NCBI GenBank assembly: GCA_051362555.1
Contig: CM120642.1
Coordinates: forward strand, 29,264,001-29,328,000
DNA length: 64,000 nt
Direction of reading: 5' to 3'
Source of the DNA: Lingula anatina
Taxonomy: Eukaryota; Animalia; Brachiopoda
The notes beneath the pieces are model-generated. The model was not told where the DNA came from and did no database searches. It saw nothing but the letters and a program-made list of their open reading frames with translations. Position numbers and translations under genes: made by a program. Below, piece after piece: positions 25,896 through 36,593 of the stretch (positions are counted from its first letter, which is position 1; every line of letters begins with the position of its first letter).

Positions 25896-26344
25896 GCATG
25901 TTCAGATGAAGGATTGCATGACTTCATGCAGAGTAATCTCAAAACTTGAGGAATGGATATTTATTACGTAGATGGAGAAGATGCAATGAGGAGAGTTTTT
26001 GTTTAAGTGCAAATACACATCATGTTTAATGCTGTTTATTTATTGTTTTGTCAGACATTTTTGTTTCCATCCTAACTGTGATCAATTAAGTTTTTTTACA
26101 TGAATTAATTTGTATCCTACCATGTGCCAGGTATAAATTTTTCAAACAAAAAATGGTTTGTACTTGCTCTTTTCTTTCAAACTAGACAGCAAAACTGGCT
26201 AATATATATATAAAAGCTATGTGTTTGTATAGGAAAATGGCCCATCTGGTGCTAATGTATAGTTGTATTAGAGTGCACTCAGAACAGATGATCTGCAGAC
26301 TAACAGGTCCACCAACTAAATATGGCCGACCCCACATAAAAAGT

Positions 26345-26491
26345 GATGCTGCTAATTCTCTGATGATCTCCCTGCCTCCACACACACCATGAAATGGATA
26401 TATATAACCTCAACTCCGAGGTTTAATTGCTAAGTCCCTGCAGTGATGGTATGTGTGCAGGCGGGGAGACCATCAGGGAATAAGCAGTATC
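26345..26491. mobile_element. Foldback/MITE-like inverted repeat
   Basis: GATGCTGCTAATTCTCTGATGATCTCCCTGCCTCCACACACACCA versus TGGTATGTGTGCAGGCGGGGAGACCATCAGGGAATAAGCAGTATC: about 45-bp imperfect arms. Confidence 0.65.
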
Positions 26492-27046
26492 GCAGTTACC
26501 TAAAACAATGCATGATACAACTTTGATACAATTATATCAGCGGGCGATGTCGGTGTCAGTAACAACAGAACTGCCGTCTCGGTTCTAAAATCAAAAAGGT
26601 TGCTTTATTCAATTTCAATCTGATATTTATTACAAATTGCTAGCCAAAATAACATTTTGTCACATTTATCTCTTTCACTTTCCATTGAGAAACTCTGGAA
26701 GAAAACTTTCACACACACCTAATGAATGCCAACACATCTTTTACTTTTGACTTCATTCAAGTACGTGTGAATAGAATACTTCCACAGTCCTCAGCTTTGC
26801 ACCCAAATAAACCTTATCATACAATTTTAATAATTTATGTAATAACCCCTTTCTCATGTCTAATTAAATGAAAACATTAGACAACAGAATTGTAAAACAA
26901 CAAAATGTGCCAATAACTATTTATTAACAATTAAAAAATTGTGCTTATTTTTTAGACTAAACCTTTTTAACCAAACAAAACAGCGACAAAATTTGAATTA
27001 AAAAATATGGTGTGATATTTAAAGACCCATCAGCTCAGTTACTCCA

Positions 27047-27250
27047 TTTCCAGAGATTAGATCGATCTACTTTAGATCGACCTAACGTCCCTGGGGGTTC
27101 ACGCTAAATAGCTGTCAGCCGGGCGGACACGAAAGTTAATTACCCCCTTACAGCTTGTAGTAGGGGGGACGGACATTTAAGCCGGATTATCTGACTGTAA
27201 TCTGGTGAGACTCCCCGCGGGGATAGATCGATCTAAAAGCTCTGGGAATA
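27047..27250. mobile_element. Foldback MITE-like element related to 3605-3845
   Basis: Termini TTTCCAGAG..TAGATCGATCTA / TAGATCGATCTAAAAGCTCTGGGAA. The central TTAATTACCCCC is the reverse complement of the GGGGGTAATTAA core at about 3714. Confidence 0.55.
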
Positions 27251-27563
27251 CAGCCTTAGTCTGCCGATCAATTAGGTTGGGAACAGAGTCAAAGATCTAA
27301 CACGAAAAACTTTCTAGAATAATTAATTCAGGTGGGAAATATCTAAAAATGTTACAGACATAAAGCAAATTGTTTCATGATCAAATGCAACCACTTTAAT
27401 GGAATGTCAATATTGAGACAAAGCAATTAAACCAGATATCGGTTGATCTGAAATCCCCCTCCATTAATCTTCCTAATGAGTTTAACCCCAGGGGAGGGGT
27501 CTCGCCTCAGCAGACTGATGAATAATAGCCTGTCTTCACTTCCACTAATCATCTGTTCTCTGT

Positions 27564-27764
27564 GGCCGCATTTAGAACAGTACTATAACTAGCGCATTCA
27601 GAACAGTGGACTAACTAGTCCGAGGATCAAATATGGCTGATCCACTTGAATACTTCCCCATGGGTAATCTATTCAGTGTCCAATAGTGGATTGGACGGCA
27701 AGCCATTTAGTTGGTTGCCATATATGACCCTCGGACTAGTTAGTCCACTATTCTGAATGTGGCC
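27564..27764. mobile_element. MITE with about 43-bp TIRs
   Basis: CATTCAGAACAGTGGACTAACTAGTCCGAGGATCAAATATGGC versus GCCATATATGACCCTCGGACTAGTTAGTCCACTATTCTGAATG, followed by GGCC-TTAA. Related fragments occur at about 960-996 and 53970-54010 (TTAGTCCATGGATCAA...GGTTGTGAATG). Confidence 0.75.
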
Positions 27765-29310
27765 TTAATAGCCCTTCATCCCTTTCAATCAGTCATGGTA
27801 TAGTTGTGCTCTATGTGATTTAATTGGCATACCATCCATCACAGCTCTACTGTCATTTCCTCGTCATGGTTGTGAAGAGGACAGACAACCTAAAACGCCC
27901 ACTTTTTTGTTGTTGTACTTGCATTAAATTTACATCCTTTTTGTTGTCGTGCTTGGGTCAACCCTGTCACCACAGTGAATCGAGTAGTCATTTTAACCAG
28001 TTGTCAGGTAAAATTTCGTTAGTTTGTTGTAGAACACGATGACACAAGGAGGACACAAATGTGTAAGTTATTATTATTCTAATATGCTATAACTTGCACT
28101 TGCTGACATATGTCACTTAATTTAATTTGTTCTCAAGACTACCACATGTACTTTACATTATGCAGGAATTTCTGGTTTTGAAAATATTGCTTGTAATTTT
28201 CCTTTTGAGTGAAATTCAAGGTCGTTATTACCAGTTATACTTCGTCAAATACAATGTACATGTAGGTCACACTGTTTGGTTCTTATTTGTTTATTTTTGT
28301 TTATTATTATTATTGTTTTTATTTTATTTTGTATCATATAATTTAACTGAATTCATGATATAAGTATTGTTTATTCACACTGCGTGAATTAATAGTTGAA
28401 ATTGTGGTCATTAATGATGAAGTGTTAATTCATTCTCTCAAGACTCAGTATTCATCATTGAAATGCGCTGTGTTAATCTACACTTTACAACATGTCACTT
28501 CAAGGTATCAGATTCAAGTCCGACATTACCATGAAACTTTTCTTTTGTTTAGTTTTTTTCTCTGATTTTATTTTGAATATCATCTCCCTCTCTCTCTCTC
28601 TTTTTCTCTCTTTTAAGTTGTGTAAGAATGTTTTGTATATTTCAGATTGAACCACATTATTAAGAGAAAGCAGCAGCAAAAAAAAAAAAAAAAAAACTTG
28701 AGTGCCAATATCAGTATTCCCTCGTACTGAAGTAACAATTAAGTCGTGATTTTCTGTTTTTTTTAAGCTTGGAATATTTAGATTTATGATCTGATTCAAG
28801 GTGATGAAGAGGTATCCTGTCAATTGGACACATGTGCCCTGCAGATGCTGTGATTTCTACACCTATATCTACCATTCGAGGAAGAACCATAACACGTATT
28901 AACCAGCATGATTAGGGTTTTTCAAAAGATTTTTCAAAAGGGGATTAATTGAACCATATTGGATGGTTATTTGGAATGGAGACAATTAAAGCATCAGAGT
29001 TATAAAATAATTTTTCAATAAGGATTCATCAATCATTTCACCAAATCCTTCCATTCATTGAGGAAGAGCTAACAACTTCAAGTTTGTTAATTACTATCGA
29101 AAGAATGATATGGAAAGAATATGTTGAACAAGCTGAAGTTATGCAACCAATTAAACCTGCAATAAAAATGGCCTCAGATTGCAAATTGTAAGATGATTTA
29201 ACATAAAAAAAATATTAATCCTACAACTTGTGACCTGCTTGGATATATACCAAAGGTGAAAAGGGAACTTAACGAATAAACTGATCATTCAATAACAAAA
29301 AAGAAGAAGA

Positions 29311-30231
29311 ATGTATTTTGGATCAGTGCTGGATGTTTTAACCATCATATCCCTCGGTGTAACTTCATTGGGGATAGTTGGAAACCTACTTGTTTTACTG
29401 ATCATTTTGTGTACAAAAAAACTGAGGACCAAGATGTACATCTTTATTGGCAATCTGGCCTTGGCAGACCTTTGCTACCTTGCCCATGAAATGGTTGCTG
29501 GTTTCATGATGAATGTTCCGAAAGAATTTTTCATGATAAGTACTTACGTGACATTTGTTACATTCACTGTAAGTATTCATACACTGGTCCTCTTAGCAAT
29601 TGATAAGTTCTTAACACTGGTACTGGTGTTTAAATCCATAGTGTTTAAGACATCAAGAAACCTTCTCATCACAGTGGCTTTGTTATGGGCTATCTCAATA
29701 TCTTTACTTTCTCCTGCTGTCATTTTCTTTGGAGATGATCCGGGATATTTTATCCAAAAGGGGCCATATATAACAGTCAATAAGACGAACAATACGGACA
29801 CAGCACCGTTCAAGACTATCTTCATATGTCTCTTTGTGTTGGACTACTTGGTTCCACTGATTGCAATCACAGTCATGTACGCCAAGGTCATTTTTCAACT
29901 GAACTCCAAGGATAGGCCAAACCCAGTAAACAATCCAGCAGACTCCAAGATTATTAAAGACAAAAGGAGGTTAACAATTGTGATGATAATAGTGACTGTA
30001 GTATTTGCAGTATGTTGGTTCCCAAGATACGTGGACTTTTACCTACTTTTCTTCACAGAGGTGGACAATACTAATGAATCATATGAGATTTTTTCAGCTT
30101 TCGCTTATTTTTCAGTGCTTATTAACAGTGCTATAAATCCCATCTTATATGCTTTTATTTATGTGGATTTCAGACAACAAGCTCACAATTTTTTCAAACA
30201 AATAAGAACTACCTGTTGTAAGAAGAAGTGA
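29311..30231 (+). CDS. Intronless class A (rhodopsin-like, peptide-receptor-like) GPCR, 306 aa, copy 1
   Basis: Seven hydrophobic segments. GN in TM1, NLALADL in TM2, AIDKF at the DRY position, FAVCWFP in TM6, NSAINPILY in TM7, helix 8 and terminal CC. Confidence 0.93.
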   Translation: MYFGSVLDVLTIISLGVTSLGIVGNLLVLLIILCTKKLRTKMYIFIGNLALADLCYLAHEMVAGFMMNVPKEFFMISTYVTFVTFTVSIHTLVLLAIDKFLTLVLVFKSIVFKTSRNLLITVALLWAISISLLSPAVIFFGDDPGYFIQKGPYITVNKTNNTDTAPFKTIFICLFVLDYLVPLIAITVMYAKVIFQLNSKDRPNPVNNPADSKIIKDKRRLTIVMIIVTVVFAVCWFPRYVDFYLLFFTEVDNTNESYEIFSAFAYFSVLINSAINPILYAFIYVDFRQQAHNFFKQIRTTCCKKK

Positions 30232-31505
30232 ATTCTAAATCTCTTCCTGCCTCATTGGTGAGAATCTCAAGGTCGTACCACATAAGCCAGACAATCTCCT
30301 AACAAAATGCTGATCTCAGTTAATTTCAAAATTATGCTAAAAGTAACGTATCAAATCTTACTTAAATCCACCAAAGTGTTCATAAAAATGCCCCAACCTG
30401 TTGCAGGTGTGGAGAAAGTCACTTGCTGTTCAATCCATTATAAAACATTCAATGGGGATGATATCCTAGGTACAGCCCAAAGTTTTAATTTGCAACTTGA
30501 AAAGTGAGAATTTACAGGACTTAGAGGAGAGGGAGTGAGAAATAATGAGAGATAGCAAGTGTGGTGAGGCAATGAATAAAAGCTGATATATAAGCAGATA
30601 TTTTCTGGTTGTTTTCTCTATAGGCTCTGTCAAATTACAGCATCTTGCACAATACTGCGTATTAACAATGTTTAATTCGCATGTCACATGTATTGTTTTT
30701 GAAGATATAAACTCTGTCACATAGAGCTTCACTTTATCATTGATCGAACAATTAATCTCAACTCAAAGGCACATTAAATTTCTAGTCAAGTTTAGTGCTT
30801 GTTTCAGGCTTAACACAGTAGCATATACCAACAGATCGACAGATCGCTTCCTTTTGGGTTATCTTGGATGATTAATGTTAACTGTTTAAGTGTTCTGTAA
30901 ATAAAGGTACTTTAAACACAGTCTAGATGGCACATCAGTAAATTAAGATATATAATAGAAAAAGCAGGAAATGATGATTTTTGAAGCCATTATCTGCATT
31001 ATCACACCACATTAACTGATTGACTTTATCACTGATGGATTTGAAAACTTATCATCATCTAATATCTTGATTGTGCATTATCCTACTAACAGTAGAGTGT
31101 TTATGGCAAGGTTAATGTTTTTCATTTGCTCTGACAATGATTCTTGGTGTATGGACTTCTTGGAAATAGCCACAGATAGTAAAGGTTCGGCTTAATGCTG
31201 GAAAGAGGGTGATTTCGTACGCTCAAAGTTCTGCATACGTATGATCTGTGTCACATAGGACACTCTTGCATACCTGTTTACGCTAGGTGTGACAGAACCA
31301 TCAAACCAACAGGGATATTTTGTCTGCTGTACTTGAAAATATTCCTCTCTATCTGTGCGTGCTTAAGTTCAACATCATTCAGTATATTGGGAGACATGTC
31401 CCTGCACACCACGGGAAATGGCAGCGTTTTTTAACCTGTCCATGCAGTTTCTGTCATTTGAAGATAAAAAACAACTAAGGTGTTTTCAGCAAATGGGTAA
31501 GAACT

Positions 31506-31800
31506 AAAGAAACTGCAGCTGACAGAATGAGGAAATAATTTTTCATGATAAAGATGACTTCACCAATAACTGAGGACAACAGGAAATAATAAGACGTGTA
31601 CACAAAGTAGGCATTGGTATTTACGATCCGAAGAAATTATTTACAAAGAAACTGCAGCAGACAGAATTATGACATTATTTTTCATGATATAGATGGCTTC
31701 ATCAATAATTTAGGACAACAGGAACAAATGAGGCACGTGCACATATAGTGGGCATGTGCATAAGAAACTGCAGCACACAGAATTAAGAAATTATTTTTCA
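31506..31800 (+). repeat. Degenerate tandem repeat (about 120-140 bp unit, about 2.3 copies) upstream of GPCR copy 2
   Basis: AAGAAACTGCAGC.GACAGAAT...ATTTTTCA recurs at about 31507, 31646 and 31762. Confidence 0.8.
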
Positions 31801-31939
31801 CACAATGGCATACATGATACCTTGAATGCCTTTAAGGAGGACCATTCAACTGTTTATAGTCAAAAGATCATTATCAAAAGAATGTATGTTTCAAAAAACC
31901 TTGAACTTAAATGATTTGTTATCATTAAGTGAAGAAAAG

Positions 31940-32848
31940 ATGTATTTTATCCCAGTCCTTGACATTATTACAATCATAACACTCATTGTGCATTCAGTAG
32001 GAATTATTGGAAACTCAATGGTTTTATTGATCATTTTTTGTAGAAGATCAACGAGAACAAAGGCATATATTTTTATAGCAAATCTGGCCTTAGCAGACAT
32101 TTGCTTCCTTCTTTTCCAAATAGTTACTTCTGCAATCAGAGTTCCAGGAAATTTAATGATTTTCTCGTTTTATGTGACATTTGTAACAATCACTGTCAGT
32201 ATTCACACTCTAGTGCTCTTAGCAATTGATAAGTTCTTAACACTCGTGCTGGTGTATAAATCCGTAGTGTTAAAGACATCAAGAAACCTCGTCATTACAG
32301 TGGCTTTGCTATGGGCTGTCTCCATATTGGCATGTATCCCTGGCAGCATGCTTCTCAAAATGGATCACGGCTACCTGTACCAAGCTGGTCCATACGTAAC
32401 TACCAATCAGACGTACAACGTCGACAAAACGCCATACCAGGCAATTTTTGCCAGCTTTTTTGCATTTAACTATTTGGGTCCGCTGATTGCAATTACTGTG
32501 ATGTACGCCAAGGTTATTTATCAACTGAACTACAAGGACAGGCCTAACCCTGGGAACAATCCAGCAGAGATAAAAGTTATCAAAGACAAAAGGAGGCTTA
32601 CATTTTTGATGATAGCAGTAACTGTTGTATTTGCTGTCTGTTGGTTCCCAAAATGGGTTGATTATTACCTACTTTTCTTCACAAATGTGGACAATACTAA
32701 TGAAACGTACAGGATTTTTTCAGGCTTTGCTTATTTTTCAGCAGTCATAAACAGAGCTGTGAATCCCATCTTATACGCATTTATTTATGTGGATTTCAGA
32801 AAACAAGCTCTCAATGTATTTAAACAAATGACAGTCTGTTGTAAGTAA
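31940..32848 (+). CDS. Intronless class A GPCR, about 302 aa, tandem paralogue (copy 2)
   Basis: Collinear with copy 1 from MYF onward, with the same motifs (NLALADI, AIDKF, CWFP, NPILY). The start is placed at ATG 31940 by alignment with copy 1, not at the ORF-track start 31826. Confidence 0.93.
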   Translation: MYFIPVLDIITIITLIVHSVGIIGNSMVLLIIFCRRSTRTKAYIFIANLALADICFLLFQIVTSAIRVPGNLMIFSFYVTFVTITVSIHTLVLLAIDKFLTLVLVYKSVVLKTSRNLVITVALLWAVSILACIPGSMLLKMDHGYLYQAGPYVTTNQTYNVDKTPYQAIFASFFAFNYLGPLIAITVMYAKVIYQLNYKDRPNPGNNPAEIKVIKDKRRLTFLMIAVTVVFAVCWFPKWVDYYLLFFTNVDNTNETYRIFSGFAYFSAVINRAVNPILYAFIYVDFRKQALNVFKQMTVCCK

Positions 32849-33350
32849 TGGTTATTGTAACATATTACTCCTACATAATTTAGATTAAATTAAATTTCTA
32901 TTAATCTCTTCAAATATGGGTTTTGTGAATATCTACAAAAGTGTAAAACAGCAGCACTTTCTCTATTTTCTCGGTAGTTTTTTTTCCACTCTCAGTCTTT
33001 GCTCAGCTGGCTATTTTAAGTGTTCTATTATTGATTGCTGCTTGTAAAAACAGTATTTTGTAGTCTTATTTTTTTAATTGTACACTAAAATATCACAATG
33101 AATGAGATAATTTTAGTAAATATATCTACATATTTTCACAGCAGCTTTATCAGCATATGTTGCACAAATCTTCTATATTTCTGTCAAACATACGATCAAT
33201 GGTTGTATTCTTTCTCCAACAGCCATGGTTATTTCTTTCTTTCTTACTTCCTCTTTAATGAAGACCACTGATAGTTCAAATAATGGCCTGTCTGCATCTG
33301 GAAAATAAAGAATCTGATGACATTGAATCAATTGAACTGAAAAAAAAAAA

Positions 33351-33900
33351 AAAAGACAGCAGAGCTGTTGAATTTACAGACATTAACAACAAAACTGATA
33401 GAAGCAGTGACATCAAACAGTGTAGGAATGACTAAAGGATCAATCTTGATGCAACGTCACATAATGCTTAACAGCAGAATCACCACAAAATTTTTAACCA
33501 TCTACGAATGTCTCAGAAAATGTAACCCTTGGGAATTCATAATTTTACTTTTAAAAATGTCTATTTGTGAAAAAGGAAAATTTCTCAAAACAAAAAATCA
33601 TAAGTAATGAACAAGACATTAAAGTTGTCAAACATAAAGACATAAAGCAGAAAATAACCATTACAGTGTGCAATATATTATTACAGCATAATCACCACTA
33701 ATATTTTAATCTTTACTGTTAATGTGGGTAGAAATAGAAAATATAACTGGCACAGGGCTTCAGGCCCATGGGAGTTCAAAGTTAAACCCTGAAAATGCCA
33801 TTGTGTGAAAAATGAAGTTCACAATTTATCTGCAACAGAAATAATCTTATCAGAATTGTTTTTGAACTTACATTCTACTTAGTCCTGTGAATTATTCCTG
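33351..33900 (+). mobile_element. Degenerate fragment of the Helentron/HINE family that builds the 38-51 kb island
   Basis: AAAAGACAGCAGAGCTGTTGAATTTACAGAC resembles the 5' end AACAAGGCAGCAAAGCTGTCAAATGTACAGAC. GATGCAACGTCACATAATGCTTAACAGCA (about 33448) matches about 48837. CTTCAGGCCCATGGGAGTTCAAAGT (about 33758) matches about 49610. Confidence 0.6.
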
Positions 33901-35938
33901 TGAGTTTAAGAATATTTAGAGTGTATTTTTTTCTTAATTGCTTTTACCACACAGTCTGTTAAGCCAGTCACTGCTTCTATGCCCATCACTAGTTAAATTT
34001 TGGTTTGGACCAGAAGATTTTTTCAGAATGTAAAGCTTTTGATTTAATTTTTTGTTTTTGAAATGTAACTGTAACATGATGATTCTAAAAACATTTTGAA
34101 AAAATATTTGACAAAATCAAGGTCTTGTTATTACTAATATTGATGAAATAGGGGAAGTGCAAGGTCTCTGAAATTTTTATTCAGACCAGTGAATCTGAAT
34201 TCAGACCAGTGGTTTTTAGAAAAGTGGTGGTCTTATTGACCACTAAGCTGGAAAGTTTAAGGGACAGACTGTGCATGTTTTTTTTTCCAGGGTAAATTAT
34301 GGTCTAAAATTTTTGACAAACTAATATTCTTTTGTGAAGTCTAATATTCTTTTGTGAAGCAGGCCCTCACGCTCTCACTGCCTTGGGTAAAAAGTTTTAA
34401 AAAATGCAAAACTGTTTTATAATTGTTTTATGTAATTACAATCATTGATAAGTTTATAATAATAAGATAAGTTAATTATAAGTTTATTATAATCTTCATC
34501 GGATTTGATAAACAAAAAAAAATCAAAATAATAATAATAATAATAATGCTGATTGATATTTACCAGCTGTCTTTTTCCAATGCTTTTTAATTATCAAAAT
34601 TTTAAAACTTTAAAAAGATCACTGTGAAAAATTTTACTTCTATATCATTCATAAATATACCTTTTAGATAATAATAATAAAACTGAGTAGACAAATACCA
34701 ACTTTCTTTTTTCAATGTTTTTCTAATAATCGCAATTGTACAACTTAAAAAAAGATCATTGTGAATTTTTTAAAAGGTATATTTATAGAATGACATAGAA
34801 GTAAATTATTTCTTAAGAGACAAAGTCAGCCATGTGATCAAGTCATGTGATCAATTTTCTGAGAAAGAATTGAAAAGTTACACCCCTTGAAAAAGAAACT
34901 ACATATGTAGTAATTTTTCACTACACAAGAGACTTTGAAAAATCTAGTTCACCCTTTACAAACTGCAACTTCTGCCAGTGCTAGTGTGTGAATATCTCTG
35001 CAAACTACAGTAACCACCACAGCATGGACATTACGCTATACATGTATAGATACCATCTCTACAATTATATGGAAGGCACGTTCAATCTTTCCTCAAAAGC
35101 CACAAAAACATCACTGCAAGTTGAAGTGCAGGAAGTTATTTTTAGCTCCTTTTATGCTTGTTTATGCACTTGAATTGAGATCCAGGTTACTACACACAGA
35201 TCAATGTAAAGTGAAAGTATGACTAAACTATAGACTGTCCCCCCCCCCCCCCCCACACACACACACACACACGAACACGCACAATAGAATCAAAGAGCAG
35301 TTAACAACCTTAATTGTGTGGAATTAATGGAACTTTTTTTTTTTTTTTGGTTGGTTGAGAAAACAAAACCGAATAAACAGAAGAAAAATCTTCATTGTAT
35401 AAATTGTAAGGGGTGACCTACAATGTAGGTTGAGTCATAATACTTCTGGTTCATAGAGCGGAGCGGATCCAGTGACTGGAAGTTGTACTGAAGCAATTAA
35501 CTAAAGATATAAGGAAGTGAGTAAGGAGTCTCAGAGGAAAGTTTCTGATACCGGAGTTCATGTAACAGCTCACCAGAAATACAACAGACTGTGTATATAC
35601 AACATAGCTTTTCTTTCATAGGTAATACAATACATAGTGTATACTCAGTACTAGTGTGACTACATATTCTATAGGTAAGTTGAGCGAGTATCTTTTAAGT
35701 ATAGGTACATAGGTAAGTTGTACAAGTGTCTCTAAAGGAGAGAAGGAAAGAGGAAAGGAGAATTGTCACCTTCCACTTCAGAACATGCCCTGAGCTGGTG
35801 TATATGTCCATATTTAATGGTTATTATATATATATATATGGGTCACCAGTGTTTGGTTGTTTGTTAATTAAGGGGGTTGCATGTGCGTCACTATATATAC
35901 TATAGGTTTATGCACTGTTACAGTAGCAGAACAGTGGA

Positions 35939-35948
35939 TATATATATT

Positions 35949-36043
<95 letters not shown>
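35939..36043 (+). repeat. (TA)n(GA)n compound microsatellite
   Basis: Directly visible, about 40 GA units. Confidence 0.95.
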
Positions 36044-36046
<3 letters not shown>

Positions 36047-36593
36047 ACTAGTTTATGTATGTACCCCTTTGGGCTTAATTTTTTTAAACTTAGCCTGTAC
36101 TTTAATCAAATACAGTTTATCTTAATTACCAAAATAAAATAAAATAAAATAAAATAAAATAAAAAACAGTTTGGCATTTGTGTTAATTGTTAACAAATGT
36201 GTGGGACAGCAACAGTGACAGCTACCACAAGGACAGACACAGGTGATCAGAATGTACCCAGTATAGAATAGGTACAACACTTTACAATTTCTTCAATAGA
36301 CTAACCTAGATTTAGTTTGGCTCAAAGCAGACTATGATTTGATATTAAAGTCTAGACCATGTCTTGATATAAAGTTATTTTATAAAACAATTCCCAGTAC
36401 TCACCAATGACATTTTAGTTCTAGTTACTAAGCCATCTGCCATATTGGATAATTTCAGGTGATCATAAAAAAGTATAAAAATCATTAATGTACTGTTAAA
36501 AGAAAAAAAAGACTTATCTTACTTTTTTCTATTTCAGACAATTCTAGCAAGCTTATGCTTTAAACCCTGTTCATCATCAACTAAACTGTGGTC

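Noticed and set aside
24686-25990. Selenoprotein reading of the HEAT gene (ATG ATT ATA TGA in frame upstream; ATGA-containing hairpin after the stop)
   Set aside because: The TGA is in a non-conserved-looking leader, not a Cys-motif position, and I could not fold a SECIS with proper non-Watson-Crick quartet and AA-loop spacing
31826-31939. 38-aa N-terminal extension of GPCR copy 2 in the ORF track
   Set aside because: Copy 1 starts at the aligned MYF with a similar GAAGAA context, so the extension is probably leader sequence; it cannot be fully excluded
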